Assembly (NCBI GenBank): GCA_016776505.1
Contig: JADHTG010000002.1
Span: forward strand, 13,852 to 77,851
Length of the DNA stretch: 64,000 nucleotides
Reading direction: 5' to 3'
Source: Bacteroidota bacterium
GTDB lineage: Bacteria; Bacteroidota; Bacteroidia; CAILMK01; JAAYUY01
Shown here: piece by piece, positions 19,601 through 30,717 of the stretch
How the letters are laid out: each line of letters starts with the position of its first letter
Numbering within the stretch: the stretch's first letter is position 1
Made by a program: the position numbers and the translations under genes
Notes under the pieces: generated by a model
The model's input: the letters and a program-made list of their open reading frames with translations, nothing else
Databases searched by the model: none
Told to the model about the DNA's origin: nothing

Positions 19601-22011
19601 TTCCTGATTATTGCTTTATGCTGAATTTCAAGTACATTAATTATTGTACTAATATACGAATCAACTTGTTTATCTTTTAAAGTATTTTCATCATCCTGGA
19701 ATTTCATCCTGATGGTATAGGATTTTTTATCCTTTTCAAGCTTGTTCCCCTGGTATACATCCACCAAATTAATTTCTTTCACAAATTCAATGTTCAGGCC
19801 TTCAATACTGGATTTTAGGTCCGCATATTTTACCTCTTTGCCAATTAAAATGGATAAATCTCTTAGAATGAACGGAAAGCGGGAGGGTGCTTGATATTGA
19901 ATTTTCTTTTTCCGGTATTGCTTGTACAGGTATTCTGCATTCAGCTCCGCATAATAAACTGCATCTTTGATATCATAGTTTTTTACAATATCTGTATTGA
20001 TGAGTCCAAAGCTGGCTAATTCCTTTCCGTTCAATTGAAGGGAAATTAAATAATGAAATGAGCTGTCTTCAATGCTTTCTTCTTTCATTTTTGCACTTAC
20101 TCCCGACAATAAAATCAAATTATGCACTATGGATTTCAGAAAATAGATGTTTGTTTTTTTATTTGGATCAGTCCAGCTGTCATCAGAGATATTGCCACTC
20201 AGCCAAATAGCCAGTTTTTCCTCCTCTGCATATTTTCCATTTTTTTGATGAAAATAAATTCTGCCCCATTCAAAAAGTTTGAGGTTGTAATGATTCCGTT
20301 TGTAATTATAGGCCATTGCATCCAGGCCTGAAAAGAGGAAATTATTCCGAAGAGTATCCAGGTTGGTGTTTACTGCATTTAAAGCTTTAATGGCTTTTTT
20401 TCCTGAAAGATCATTTTCTATAATAGCTGATGACACAAAGGAGGGAGTAATCAGCTCATGAAAACCGGAGGAAGTTAAATAGTCCAGCAGGCCATTCTGA
20501 TAAACACTTCTTTCATCCACTTTTGACTCAGGCAATGGAGTCGTAACAAGGGGCCCGAACTCAATTTTATTATAGGAATAAATTCTTAATATCTCCTCCA
20601 CCAGGTCAATTGGCCTGGTCACATCAGCCCGGTAAGTCGGAACCTCCACGTGAATCATTTTTTCAGTTTCATCCAGTATGCTATATTCAAGATTCTTCAA
20701 AATCTGAACGATCCTTTTCACATTAATCCTGTTGCCCAATATTTTATTTACGTAATCAACAGACAGATTAATGCTAATAGCTTCAATGGGTTTTGGATAC
20801 GAATCAAATACATCTGAGGATATTTTTCCGCCTGCGATTTCCTGAATCATCATGGCAGCACGTTTTACAGCATGCACTGTGAAGTTTGGATCTGTTCCCC
20901 GTTCAAAACGATAAGCAGCATCAGTAAAAAAAGCATGATGCCTGGCAGTTTTACGAATGCTGGTTGGATTGAAACAGGCAGATTCAATAAGAATGGAGGT
21001 CGTATCGCCTGTAACCATACTCGAGAAGCCGCCCATAACTCCACCCATTGCAACTGCATTTTCAGCATCACAAATCATGACTTCTTCTCCGCTGAGTTTC
21101 ACTTCTGACTCATCCAATGTCTTGAACTTTTCTCCTTTTGCACGGGTTTTAACGACGATCCTCTTTCCGTCTATTTTCTCCAGGTCAAATGCATGCAAGG
21201 GCTGACCATTTTCAAACATCAGGTAATTACATGCATCCACGATATTATTAACGGGTTTTAGTCCTACGGATTTCAACCTATTTTGCAGCCAATCCGGTGA
21301 ATCTGTAACCTGCAGATCACTAATTGCAACAGCTGAATAACGTGGACAAAGATCTTCCTCTGCAATAGAAAGATTTATTTTTACCGTATTATTATCAACT
21401 TTGAATCCATCCACAGGAGGCCTATTAATGTTTGATCCTGTAACAGCTGAAATATCCCTGGCAATCCCTATGTAGGAGATCGCATCTCCCCTGTTGGGTG
21501 TAATGGCAATTTCAATAATCGCGTCTCCCTTATCATCAAAAGAGTCTTTAAAAGCTGTTCCTTTCGAGATATTTTCATCAAGTACCAGGATCCCTTCAGA
21601 GTCATTTCCCAGTCCCAATTCAGCAGATGAACAAATCATTCCTTCGGATTGCTCTCCCCTTAATTTCGCCTTTTTAATCTTAAAGGATTTGCCACTATCA
21701 GGATGCAAGAGTGTTCCTACAGTGGCAACTGCAACTTTTTGACCCTCAGCCACATTCGAAGCCCCGCAAATAATTTGCAGATCGTTGTTTTTCCCTACAT
21801 CCACTTTGCATATAGTGAGTTGATCAGCCTGGGGGTGTTTTTCACAGGATTTGACCAGGCCCACCAAAATTGAATCTGACAACTTATCCTTTTGCACATT
21901 CGTTTCAATGCTTTCTACTTCTAAACCGGTATTAGTTAAAATCTCAGCCATTTCATCAACAGACAGCTCAGAATCAATATATGTTTTAAGCCAGTTAAAC
22001 GAAATGCGCAT
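19597..22011 (-). CDS. pheT: phenylalanine--tRNA ligase beta subunit
   Basis: 804 aa; MRISFNWLKTYID N-terminus, and tRNA-binding, B3/B4, B5 and FDX-ACB domain order. Confidence 0.93.
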   Translation of the reverse strand: MRISFNWLKTYIDSELSVDEMAEILTNTGLEVESIETNVQKDKLSDSILVGLVKSCEKHPQADQLTICKVDVGKNNDLQIICGASNVAEGQKVAVATVGTLLHPDSGKSFKIKKAKLRGEQSEGMICSSAELGLGNDSEGILVLDENISKGTAFKDSFDDKGDAIIEIAITPNRGDAISYIGIARDISAVTGSNINRPPVDGFKVDNNTVKINLSIAEEDLCPRYSAVAISDLQVTDSPDWLQNRLKSVGLKPVNNIVDACNYLMFENGQPLHAFDLEKIDGKRIVVKTRAKGEKFKTLDESEVKLSGEEVMICDAENAVAMGGVMGGFSSMVTGDTTSILIESACFNPTSIRKTARHHAFFTDAAYRFERGTDPNFTVHAVKRAAMMIQEIAGGKISSDVFDSYPKPIEAISINLSVDYVNKILGNRINVKRIVQILKNLEYSILDETEKMIHVEVPTYRADVTRPIDLVEEILRIYSYNKIEFGPLVTTPLPESKVDERSVYQNGLLDYLTSSGFHELITPSFVSSAIIENDLSGKKAIKALNAVNTNLDTLRNNFLFSGLDAMAYNYKRNHYNLKLFEWGRIYFHQKNGKYAEEEKLAIWLSGNISDDSWTDPNKKTNIYFLKSIVHNLILLSGVSAKMKEESIEDSSFHYLISLQLNGKELASFGLINTDIVKNYDIKDAVYYAELNAEYLYKQYRKKKIQYQAPSRFPFILRDLSILIGKEVKYADLKSSIEGLNIEFVKEINLVDVYQGNKLEKDKKSYTIRMKFQDDENTLKDKQVDSYISTIINVLEIQHKAIIRK

Positions 22012-22202
22012 AAAATATTTTATTTATTGGGTTCATGCCTGCTTATAAAAGAACCCAAAGTTAATCCCACGAATCTAATAATTCGGGGATAGAGTGAATA
22101 AAATTTGAACAAACAAAATGTCAATAAATAAGTAATTTAAAGATATTAATTAATATAAATTTGCTAAGATTCAATTATTGACTTGATAAACTTTAAAGAA
22201 AT

Positions 22203-23426
22203 ATGTCAGAGAAACTCACATCAGGAATGTTGATAGAAATGGAGGATAAGTATGGTGCACATAATTATCATCCACTTCCCGTCGTGTTATCCAGTGGTGA
22301 AGGCGTTTATGTCTGGGATGTGGAAGGAAATAAATATTTTGATTTTCTTTCTGCCTATTCAGCAGTTAACCAGGGACATTGTCATCCTAAAATTGTTGGA
22401 GCACTCATTGATCAGGCTAAGAAACTCACACTTACATCACGTGCATTTTATAATGACAGTCTCGGTGTCTGGGAAAAATACATGGCCGAATATTTTGGTT
22501 ATGACAAAATGCTCCCTATGAATACAGGTGCTGAGGCAGATGAAACAGCGATTAAATTGTGCAGAAGATGGGCTTATGATGTAAAAGGCATTGAAAAATA
22601 CAAGGCCAAAATCATCGTATGCAATAACAACTTCCATGGCAGGACAATTACCATTATTTCTGCCAGCACAGATCCGGATTCTTATGAAGGATATGGTCCG
22701 TTCACACCCGGTTTTGTGAAAATACCATACAATGATTTGAATGCACTGGAGGAAGCTCTTAAGGATTCAAATGTAGCAGGATTTTTAGTGGAGCCCATAC
22801 AGGGAGAAGCAGGTGTTTTTGTTCCTGATGATGGCTATATTAAAAAGGCATACGATTTATGCAAAAAGAACAATGTATTATTTATTGCAGATGAAGTCCA
22901 AACCGGTATTGCCAGAACAGGCAGCTTATTGGCATGTGATCATGAAGCAGTCCGGCCAGATATTGTTATTCTTGGAAAAGCATTATCCGGTGGCGTGATC
23001 CCCATTTCCGCAGTATTGGCTGATGATGAAATCATGTTGGTGATCAAACCCGGAGAACACGGTTCCACATTTGGAGGGAATCCTTTGGCAGCAAAAGTAG
23101 CTATGGCAGCATTAGATGTAGTCAAAAATGAGAATCTGGCAGATAATGCAGTAAGATTAGGGGAAATATTTAGAAAAGAACTCAGCGTTTTTAATAATGA
23201 AACCATCAAAATAGTCCGCGGAAAAGGATTATTAAATGCTATTGTAGTCGATCTGAAAAATGGAAAAACCGCCTGGGATTTATGTGTTGCCATGAAAGAT
23301 AACGGATTGCTGGCAAAGCCAACCCATGGGGATAAAATCCGCTTTGCTCCCCCACTGGTAATAAACGAAGTGCAACTAAGGGAAAGCATTGACATCATTA
23401 AGGAAAGTGTTAAATCATTTGAATAA
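22203..23426 (+). CDS. rocD: ornithine aminotransferase (class III PLP aminotransferase)
   Basis: 407 aa; [13 protein letters not shown], and [14 protein letters not shown] near the PLP-lysine region, both typical of ornithine aminotransferase. Confidence 0.88.
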   Translation: MSEKLTSGMLIEMEDKYGAHNYHPLPVVLSSGEGVYVWDVEGNKYFDFLSAYSAVNQGHCHPKIVGALIDQAKKLTLTSRAFYNDSLGVWEKYMAEYFGYDKMLPMNTGAEADETAIKLCRRWAYDVKGIEKYKAKIIVCNNNFHGRTITIISASTDPDSYEGYGPFTPGFVKIPYNDLNALEEALKDSNVAGFLVEPIQGEAGVFVPDDGYIKKAYDLCKKNNVLFIADEVQTGIARTGSLLACDHEAVRPDIVILGKALSGGVIPISAVLADDEIMLVIKPGEHGSTFGGNPLAAKVAMAALDVVKNENLADNAVRLGEIFRKELSVFNNETIKIVRGKGLLNAIVVDLKNGKTAWDLCVAMKDNGLLAKPTHGDKIRFAPPLVINEVQLRESIDIIKESVKSFE

Positions 23427-23432
23427 TCAAGC

Positions 23433-23462
23433 AGCTCCGTTCACAAACGGAGCTTTTTTTTG
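23433..23462 (+). terminator. rho-independent terminator after rocD
   Basis: AGCTCCG-TTCACAAA-CGGAGCT hairpin followed by T8. Confidence 0.7.
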
Positions 23463-23482
23463 AATATGAAAATTTTGAATTA

Positions 23483-24391
23483 ATGAAAAACAGAAGTTTA
23501 GTTTCGATTTGCGACTACAATAAAGATGAGCAATTAAAGATTCTTGAAGTGTCAAAAGAATTCGAGAAAAAACCAAAACAAAGATTATTGGATGGTTTTG
23601 TGATCGCTTCCCTGTTTTTTGAACCTTCAACCAGAACCAGATTAAGTTTTGAAAGTGCCATCAATATGCTTGGTGGTCGAATCATTGGCTTTACTGATGC
23701 AGGATCATCCAGTGTGAAAAAAGGGGAGAGCTTAAGAGATACCATCAGAACCGTGAATAACTATTCTGATCTCATAGTGATGCGTCATCCGCTGGACGGA
23801 GCTGCCCGTTTTGCCAGTGAGGTGGCTGATATTCCCATTATTAATGCAGGTGATGGTGCCAATCAGCACCCCACCCAAACGATGCTGGACCTTTATACCA
23901 TTATGCAAACTCAGAATAAGCTGGAAAACCTGAAGGTAGGTTTTGTGGGAGATTTAAAATACGGCCGGACAGTTCATTCCTTAACCCAGGCATTAGCGAA
24001 CTTCAATTGTGAGTTTAGTTTTGTTGCACCTAATTTTCTTCAAATACCCACACAATACAAAGAATTCCTGGACGAAAAGGGATTGAAGTATGAAACTCTG
24101 GCGAACATTCATGAAGTCATTCCTGAAGTGGATATTTTATACATGACCAGGATTCAGCGAGAACGTTTTTCAGACCCCCAGGAATATGAAAAAGTAAAAG
24201 ATGCGTATGAATTGAAAAAATCAGATATGGAGCCAGCAAAGAAGAACATGAAAGTTCTTCATCCCCTTCCTCGTGTTAACGAAATTAATATTGATGTGGA
24301 CAGTATGCCTGAGGCTTATTATTTCCAACAAGCTTTGAATGGAGTATTTGTCCGTCAGGCAATTGTATCCATGATTTTAGGAATAAAATAA
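23483..24391 (+). CDS. pyrB: aspartate carbamoyltransferase catalytic subunit
   Basis: 302 aa; STRTR motif (FFEPSTRTRLSFE) and HPLP motif. Confidence 0.92.
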   Translation: MKNRSLVSICDYNKDEQLKILEVSKEFEKKPKQRLLDGFVIASLFFEPSTRTRLSFESAINMLGGRIIGFTDAGSSSVKKGESLRDTIRTVNNYSDLIVMRHPLDGAARFASEVADIPIINAGDGANQHPTQTMLDLYTIMQTQNKLENLKVGFVGDLKYGRTVHSLTQALANFNCEFSFVAPNFLQIPTQYKEFLDEKGLKYETLANIHEVIPEVDILYMTRIQRERFSDPQEYEKVKDAYELKKSDMEPAKKNMKVLHPLPRVNEINIDVDSMPEAYYFQQALNGVFVRQAIVSMILGIK

Positions 24392-24401
24392 AAATTATCA
24401 G

Positions 24402-24854
24402 ATGAAAGAACTTATCGTTAGTGCAATTGATACGGGTACTGTAATCGATCACATTCCGGCAAAAAGTGTTATGCAGGTTGTTCGAATACTGGGTCTGGAA
24501 GATTTTGAAAACATGATTCTTATAGGAACTAACTTTGATAGCAAGAAATTAATAAAAAAGGGGATCATCAAGGTGAAAGGAAAGTTTTTTAAACCCGAAA
24601 CCATTAATAAAATTGCGTTGGTTGCTCCCCAGGCCACCCTGACAATAATCGAAGATTATAATGTAAAAAATAAAACAATTGTTGAGGTTCCTGAAGAGAT
24701 TATAGGTATAGTGCAGTGCCCCAATCAAAATTGCATTACCAATCATGAAGAAATGAATAGTGAATTCTTTGTGGTAGATAAAACAAATGGCATCAAACTG
24801 AAATGTCATTTTTGTGAAAAAACTTTTGGCCAGGAGGAAATGAAAATACTCTAA
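24402..24854 (+). CDS. pyrI: aspartate carbamoyltransferase regulatory subunit
   Basis: 150 aa; GTVIDHIP allosteric domain and C-terminal Cys4 zinc domain (CPNQNC...CHFCE). Confidence 0.9.
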   Translation: MKELIVSAIDTGTVIDHIPAKSVMQVVRILGLEDFENMILIGTNFDSKKLIKKGIIKVKGKFFKPETINKIALVAPQATLTIIEDYNVKNKTIVEVPEEIIGIVQCPNQNCITNHEEMNSEFFVVDKTNGIKLKCHFCEKTFGQEEMKIL

Positions 24855-24865
24855 CAGCCCGGTTT

Positions 24866-26140
24866 ATGCTTGCGGAACTCTGGAAGAGGTATAAGGGGAA
24901 ATGGTGGGTTTGGGGGGGAATAATATTAATTCTTATTTTTTCTATATTTTTATCTTTATTTAAGACTTCCCAAGTTTATACTGATGTTAATGATTTTTCA
25001 TGCATTTATACAGCAGGTTGGCACTTTATAGAAGGGAATTCATTATACGGACAAATCTATCCTCACATCCCACAATTTCTGTACCCCCCTTTTGCTGCAT
25101 TCATTTTCAGCTCGTTAGCCATTTTCCCGCCACCTGTCGCATGTTTTATTTTCACATTAATCAACCTACTTTTAATACCGGTTGTCATTTTTCAAATAAT
25201 AAATATACTTTCTCATTTTAACCTGGAATGGGAATCAATTAAAATTCCTTTATTACTTTCAATTCTATTTTCATTAAGGTATTTTTGGTCGAATTTTAAT
25301 TTGGGACAGGTTAATTTAATAATTTTATCATTAACACTTGTCGCAATCTTATCATTTTTAAAAGATAAGTTTATTCTAAGTGGTATATTGATATCAATTG
25401 CATTTAGTTTTAAAATACTTCCTGCTGTATTTCTTTTCTGGATATTTGTTAAAAAACCGAATGTCAAAATACTTGTTAGCTCTTTAACTGTAATTGTTCT
25501 CTTTTCATTTTTACCCTTTTTGTTCAGAGGCATTAGCACAGGTGTTAAGGATCTGAATGACTTTTATATTTATGTTTTACAACCTCAGTTACTGAATAAT
25601 CCACTTTTTTCAATTCACAAAAATCAAAGTGTTTCAGCCGCGGCCTTGAGACTTATTCAGCCTTCATCACCTCTCGAGCCATACAATTTCAATATTATAA
25701 ATCTGACATTAAATCAGGTTGGGAATATCCTTTTGATTATCAAAGTAATTTTAACGGCATCCTTCTTATACCTTCTTTTCATCATTCGAAGAACTAAAAA
25801 AAAGACAGGGATCCTGGAAATCTCAATTGTGTTCCTTTTTATTCATTTAGTCTCCCCCATCACATGGAAAAATCATATGGTCACGCTCGTATTTTGTCTT
25901 CTGCCTTTATTTTCACTGAGGTTCAGGAAACAGGTAATATCCACTAAAATATTTATGCTGTTGATGATCATTTTATTGATTATTCTATCAGCAAATGCCA
26001 AAATTATCATTGGGAAGACACTTATTTATTATATTGAGGGGTTTAGTTTATACACAATAATGCTTTTATCCTTATACATTTATTACACAATACAGATAAT
26101 TTCCCCTAATCAATATCCATCAAGGCTGGTCAGTATTTAA
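24866..26140 (+). CDS. DUF2029 / GT87-family polytopic membrane glycosyltransferase-like protein
   Basis: 424 aa with at least 10 TM helices; the N-terminal DFSCIYTAGWHFIEGNSLYG...FLYPPFAAFIF motif of DUF2029. Confidence 0.6.
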   Translation: MLAELWKRYKGKWWVWGGIILILIFSIFLSLFKTSQVYTDVNDFSCIYTAGWHFIEGNSLYGQIYPHIPQFLYPPFAAFIFSSLAIFPPPVACFIFTLINLLLIPVVIFQIINILSHFNLEWESIKIPLLLSILFSLRYFWSNFNLGQVNLIILSLTLVAILSFLKDKFILSGILISIAFSFKILPAVFLFWIFVKKPNVKILVSSLTVIVLFSFLPFLFRGISTGVKDLNDFYIYVLQPQLLNNPLFSIHKNQSVSAAALRLIQPSSPLEPYNFNIINLTLNQVGNILLIIKVILTASFLYLLFIIRRTKKKTGILEISIVFLFIHLVSPITWKNHMVTLVFCLLPLFSLRFRKQVISTKIFMLLMIILLIILSANAKIIIGKTLIYYIEGFSLYTIMLLSLYIYYTIQIISPNQYPSRLVSI

Positions 26141-26153
26141 TAGATAATAATAA

Positions 26154-26747
26154 TTATAATTTAATCTTCTTAGATTTACAAATAAGTTCTTCCAATTCAA
26201 CCAGCCCATTTATCAAGCATAGCTTCTCAAACTTCTCCAAATCCTTCATTCTGATCTTAGCCTCTTCAATTGCTCCATCATCCAAAAGTTTGAGACGTTT
26301 TGTTCCTTTCAACAAGGGTTTATCAGGTGTCAACCATTTGTTTCCATCCCAAAAACAAACATTCGCATAGGAACTGTCCGTCACAAAACCATTTCTAATG
26401 ATCAAAATATCTTCATTGGGTTTAATACCTTTCATCAATTGGAGGATATTTTTTCGATCAACGTATTTGTAAGAATAATCTAAATCAGATTCTACTAAAA
26501 GCAGTTTATCGATTTTACGCATCCTGTATAATTCAAAATCAATATTAATAATCTGCTTGCTATATACCACCCTACACTTAAAAACCTGGTCATTAACATA
26601 TGATGGGATTTGTACACAATCATATAAATCAATTTCGTCCTTAATTCCCAGCAACTCAAAGCGGCTTCGGTTCATCCTTTCGTTGTGATAATCCAAATTA
26701 TGAAGAATTCTATCCTTTACTTTTATGGATTCAAATAACAGGCACAT
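26154..26747 (-). CDS. pabC: aminodeoxychorismate lyase-like (class IV aminotransferase fold)
   Basis: 197 aa; overlaps pabB by 17 nt; class IV aminotransferase-fold motifs. Confidence 0.65.
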   Translation of the reverse strand: MCLLFESIKVKDRILHNLDYHNERMNRSRFELLGIKDEIDLYDCVQIPSYVNDQVFKCRVVYSKQIINIDFELYRMRKIDKLLLVESDLDYSYKYVDRKNILQLMKGIKPNEDILIIRNGFVTDSSYANVCFWDGNKWLTPDKPLLKGTKRLKLLDDGAIEEAKIRMKDLEKFEKLCLINGLVELEELICKSKKIKL

Positions 26748-27705
26748 ACACTTTATCCATTAATTCCTGGTACTCTTCCTCGACCCTGCTGTTGACAGTA
26801 ATTCCTCCACCACTTTTATAGATCAGACCTTCCGGTGTATTTTCAATGAAACGGATCATCACCCCGCTATCCAGGTTTTTACCATCAAAGTAGCCAAAGA
26901 CACCTGTGTAATAGCCCCTCTTATAGTTTTCAACTTCCTGTATAATTTCTACTGTTTTCTTTTTTGGAGCTCCGCAAATGGAGCCGGCGGGAAGCAAACT
27001 AAACAAAATATCCCCGATTTGATCTTTGTAATCAGGGGGTAAATCCCCCATAATTTCTGAACTGACTTGTAGTATTTCCTTGTCGTGAGCTTTGATGCGA
27101 TCGATATACCTGAACTTATTCACTCGCACATTTTTTGCAAACCTGTTTAAGTCGTTTCTGATAAGATCGACTATGGTGGTGTGCTCGGCAATTTCCTTTT
27201 TATTATTTAAAAGGACCTGCTCAGAATCCCGAATGGAGGCATTAATAGTCCCTTTCATAGGATAGGAGCATATTTTACTATCTGTTATCTTGACAAAAAT
27301 CTCAGGAGAAAATACTACAAACTGGTTTCTATACAACAATTTATATTTTGCTACACTTTCATAAAAAATATCTTTAAGACTAAAATTTGTTTCAATCTGG
27401 GTCGGAAACGTCAGGTTCAACAAATAGGAATTTCCATAATTTAAATGCTCCATAACCTGGGTGAATGCAGCCCTATATTGTTCAAATAAAACTGGTTTTT
27501 TCTCAAAACTCAGTTTTGCATTATTCTTTTCAGGATATTCAAAATTTCTTTTGCCGTTAATTTCAAACACAATCTCATCAGGATTAATTTCATTCATTCG
27601 GTGTACTAAAGGATTTTTCATTTCAAAGTCAAAAAGGAATAAAAATGCCTCTCCCTTGCTTGCGAGTGTATTCATCTTATTTATTGCAACCGTAATAGAA
27701 TCCAT
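26731..27705 (-). CDS. pabB: aminodeoxychorismate synthase component I (chorismate-binding enzyme, short form)
   Basis: 324 aa; chorismate-binding motifs PAGSICGAPKKKTVEIIQEVE and GGGITVNSRVEEEYQE. Confidence 0.8.
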   Translation of the reverse strand: MDSITVAINKMNTLASKGEAFLFLFDFEMKNPLVHRMNEINPDEIVFEINGKRNFEYPEKNNAKLSFEKKPVLFEQYRAAFTQVMEHLNYGNSYLLNLTFPTQIETNFSLKDIFYESVAKYKLLYRNQFVVFSPEIFVKITDSKICSYPMKGTINASIRDSEQVLLNNKKEIAEHTTIVDLIRNDLNRFAKNVRVNKFRYIDRIKAHDKEILQVSSEIMGDLPPDYKDQIGDILFSLLPAGSICGAPKKKTVEIIQEVENYKRGYYTGVFGYFDGKNLDSGVMIRFIENTPEGLIYKSGGGITVNSRVEEEYQELMDKVYVPVI

Positions 27706-27868
27706 GAGGATGCGAATATCAACAAAATTAAGGATTATCTATTTTTGCGAAATAAAAATATGTTGTCCAGATTGATATTGAACAACATAACAATTTATTC
27801 AGTTGATTGAGTAAAATATTTTAGCATAAATAAACCAGGAATTATCCTGAAATTCGCAGTTTCAAATT

Positions 27869-28462
27869 ATGCAAAAAGTCCTTCTATTAGACAATTATGA
27901 TTCATTCACCTGGAACCTGGCGCAAATACTGGAGGAAAGTGGATTGTGTGATTTTGAAGTGATTAAAAATGATCAGATTACAATTAATGAAGCAAAGGCT
28001 TTTAACAAAATTATGCTGTCTCCGGGACCCGGTTTGCCTGATGATGCTGGCATCTTAAAAACACTTGTAAAGGATTTAGGCCCATCAAAATCCATTTTGG
28101 GCATTTGCCTTGGACACCAGGCTATTGCTGAAGTGTATGGGATCAGATTGAAACAATTGAAGGAGATTTGTCACGGTGAAAGTACTACGGTAAGGATTAT
28201 TGATGAGCACCGGGATTACCTTTTTGAAGGCCTGCCTCATATATTCCAGGCAGGCAGATATCATTCCTGGATTGTTGATTTATGTAGTTTTAACAAGGAA
28301 TTAAAAGTGACTGCTCTGAATGAAAATTACCGCATCATGGCCCTCTCACATCGAACATTTGATATAAAAGGCTTGCAATTTCATCCTGAATCATTTCTAA
28401 CTCCCATGGGATCAAGAATTATTAATAATTGGTTGAGAAATGACCAGAATACCACCGGCTAA
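27869..28462 (+). CDS. pabA: aminodeoxychorismate/anthranilate synthase component II (class I glutamine amidotransferase)
   Basis: 197 aa; GICLGHQ catalytic cysteine motif and HPES. Confidence 0.85.
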   Translation: MQKVLLLDNYDSFTWNLAQILEESGLCDFEVIKNDQITINEAKAFNKIMLSPGPGLPDDAGILKTLVKDLGPSKSILGICLGHQAIAEVYGIRLKQLKEICHGESTTVRIIDEHRDYLFEGLPHIFQAGRYHSWIVDLCSFNKELKVTALNENYRIMALSHRTFDIKGLQFHPESFLTPMGSRIINNWLRNDQNTTG

Positions 28463-28563
28463 ATCAGGAACCCGATCTCTGATAAACGAAATTTATCAGG
28501 CAAACTTAAGCTTTCAGCTTTTATTGAAAATTGGATTAAATTTGAGTCAATTTAAATTTTAAT

Positions 28564-30018
28564 GTGGTGAAAGTGATTCCAGTTTTTCCATTCTGTCTAA
28601 TCTTATTTCTCAGTTTTTCGAATCTACATGCGCAACACACTACCGATTTTGACAATGAAGCTGTTCAACAAAGATTAAAAACAGACTTGTCTATCCTGGC
28701 TAGTGATTCATTCGAAGGTCGTGCTGCAGGTAGCCCAGGGGAACAAAAAGCTGCGAATTATATTGTGGATCAGCTGACAAAAACAGGATTGTCGCCTTAT
28801 TTTGGAGACACTGCATTTACTCAAAAATTCAGTTCCAGTTATATCCTGTTTGGAAGAAAAAATTCTTACCTCCTAATTGATAATCAGTATATTCCGCAGG
28901 GAACCAAGAACACATGTTTCTATCCACTCGCATACACTGGAACAGCAAGCATAGAAGGAAAGCTGTTGGATGTAAATTTCGGCATTAATGCTCCTGCCCT
29001 TGATTATAATGATTACGCGAAAGTTCAAAATCTGGATGGCCAGATAGCTGTAATTGAAACATCTATTCCGGGCGGTTTTACTCTTTCGTCTCCTTTTGAG
29101 GAATACAGGTATATCAGAAAGAAAATTGATACAGCAATCGTTTATGGAGCCAGTGCAGTTATTTTTGTTAATTCAGACCCCCATTATACAAATCCAACTA
29201 ATGATCTGAACCTGAGTGTAATCAGGAGAGAAATCCCCATACTCTTTTACAACGGGCAAAAAGAAGATCTGTTCAGGGGTAAATCAACAGCTAAAATTAA
29301 GGTAGAAATTATGTTTTATCAGTCAATAACAGGAACCAATGTTGCCGGGATTATTGATAACCAGGCTGAAAAAACGGTGATTATTGGAGCTCATTATGAT
29401 CATCTGGGAAAATTTGAATCCATGAGGGAGGATCAAATTGCAAATGGGGCGGATGACAATGCGAGCGGAACAGCCGGGGTTATTGAATTGGCGCGCTATA
29501 TAAAATCTAAAGAGTTGAAGCATTATAATTATGTATTTGCTTTATTTTCAGGAGAAGAAAGCGGAATGCATGGTTCAAAGCATTTTGTAAAATACAATTC
29601 CATCAGGCCTGAGAACATATCATTTATGTTAAACCTGGATATGATAGGGCGATCCGGATGCAAAAAGGCCGAGCTGATTATTTATGCAGTAGGTAGTTCT
29701 AAAAGCTGGAAAAAGCAATTGAAAAAAATACAAAGCAACATTGAACATGTAAATTTCATCGCTGGTTCTTCCGGAGCTTCTGACCAACATTCTTTTTATC
29801 AAAAAGGAATTCCTGTATTGTTTTTCTTTACTGGAATTCATGACGATTATCATGAGGTAAGCGACGAGGTTGAACTGATTAACTTTAAGGGAGCCGCTGA
29901 TATATTAAATTATGTAGAGATGCTCATTGAAAATATGGAATTATGTCCAGCTCCAGTATTCAGAAAAGTAGGACCAATCAGGCATGCAATCAGCTTTATT
30001 GGAATCATGTTCAGGTAG
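28564..30018 (+). CDS. M28-family zinc aminopeptidase with a PA domain, secreted
   Basis: Signal peptide; the HYDH...DDNASG...EESG...DMIG metal-ligand pattern of M28 peptidases. Confidence 0.75.
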   Translation: MVKVIPVFPFCLILFLSFSNLHAQHTTDFDNEAVQQRLKTDLSILASDSFEGRAAGSPGEQKAANYIVDQLTKTGLSPYFGDTAFTQKFSSSYILFGRKNSYLLIDNQYIPQGTKNTCFYPLAYTGTASIEGKLLDVNFGINAPALDYNDYAKVQNLDGQIAVIETSIPGGFTLSSPFEEYRYIRKKIDTAIVYGASAVIFVNSDPHYTNPTNDLNLSVIRREIPILFYNGQKEDLFRGKSTAKIKVEIMFYQSITGTNVAGIIDNQAEKTVIIGAHYDHLGKFESMREDQIANGADDNASGTAGVIELARYIKSKELKHYNYVFALFSGEESGMHGSKHFVKYNSIRPENISFMLNLDMIGRSGCKKAELIIYAVGSSKSWKKQLKKIQSNIEHVNFIAGSSGASDQHSFYQKGIPVLFFFTGIHDDYHEVSDEVELINFKGAADILNYVEMLIENMELCPAPVFRKVGPIRHAISFIGIMFR

Positions 30019-30036
30019 TGATAATTAAATAAATAA

Positions 30037-30396
30037 TCATTTCACATAATCCTGCCTCACAACAAGCATTAAATATTCATCTTCAATAGGGAGATATCCC
30101 TGGTCATAGCAGAAAAAATACTCTTTTTCCGCCTTTGTTCTGTAGATATTTGTAAAGTAGTTGAAATTGAATCCCTTATCAAGCAATTGACTTTTATGAA
30201 TCTTTGCTTTGCCGGTGGTATTTGATTCAGCCAGAATTTTCCGGTTTTTCCGTAGAATATTGTTAATATTCCTGACAAAATTATTGGCATCAGCATTCTG
30301 CCGGTTGTTATAGGTATTCCGGCATTGATCCGAACAGAATTTTTTATCTACCCGACCTTGAAATTCATCATGGCATTCGAGACATTTTTTTTTCAT
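30037..30396 (-). CDS. hypothetical protein with an N-terminal zinc ribbon (CLECHDEF...CSDQC)
   Basis: 119 aa ORF with a Cys4 motif; no recognisable catalytic domain. Confidence 0.5.
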   Translation of the reverse strand: MKKKCLECHDEFQGRVDKKFCSDQCRNTYNNRQNADANNFVRNINNILRKNRKILAESNTTGKAKIHKSQLLDKGFNFNYFTNIYRTKAEKEYFFCYDQGYLPIEDEYLMLVVRQDYVK

Positions 30397-30450
30397 AGAG
30401 CGTTTTTTAGTTTAATGGTGTTCCTGAAAATCAATATATAACGATTTGGA

Positions 30451-30540
30451 CGTCATTCCTTTGCCCCTCTGCCGGTAGGGCAGGCAAAAAAGAATCTCCT
30501 ATTCAAATAGATAGAGATTCCTGCCTACGCAGGAATGACG
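30451..30540. other. cloverleaf-like structured element: closing stem CGTCATTCC/GGAATGACG enclosing three hairpins
   Basis: The three hairpins are TTTGCC..CTGCC-GGTA-GGCAG..GGCAAA, then GAATCTC-(CTATTCAAATAGATA)-GAGATTC, then CCTGC-CTAC-GCAGG. It lies in the divergent promoter region. Confidence 0.35.
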
Positions 30541-30717
30541 ACTCGAAAGACTTTTGATACAACCTCTATTTCAGCACAAAAATATGCATTTTTTCGACAA
30601 CAAACGACAACAAACGAATGTTAATCGAATACAAATGACAAATAACCGAATAAGTTTTTGCCACTGTCTAACCTTTGTATCGTCAAATTGATTGAAACCT
30701 ATTTCAACACTGACAAC

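Noticed and set aside
22012-22202. Inverted repeat TTGGGTTC...GAACCCAA upstream of pheT as a T-box or attenuator
   Set aside because: No T-box specifier or antiterminator consensus is recognisable, and the 16-nt loop hairpin alone is not diagnostic.
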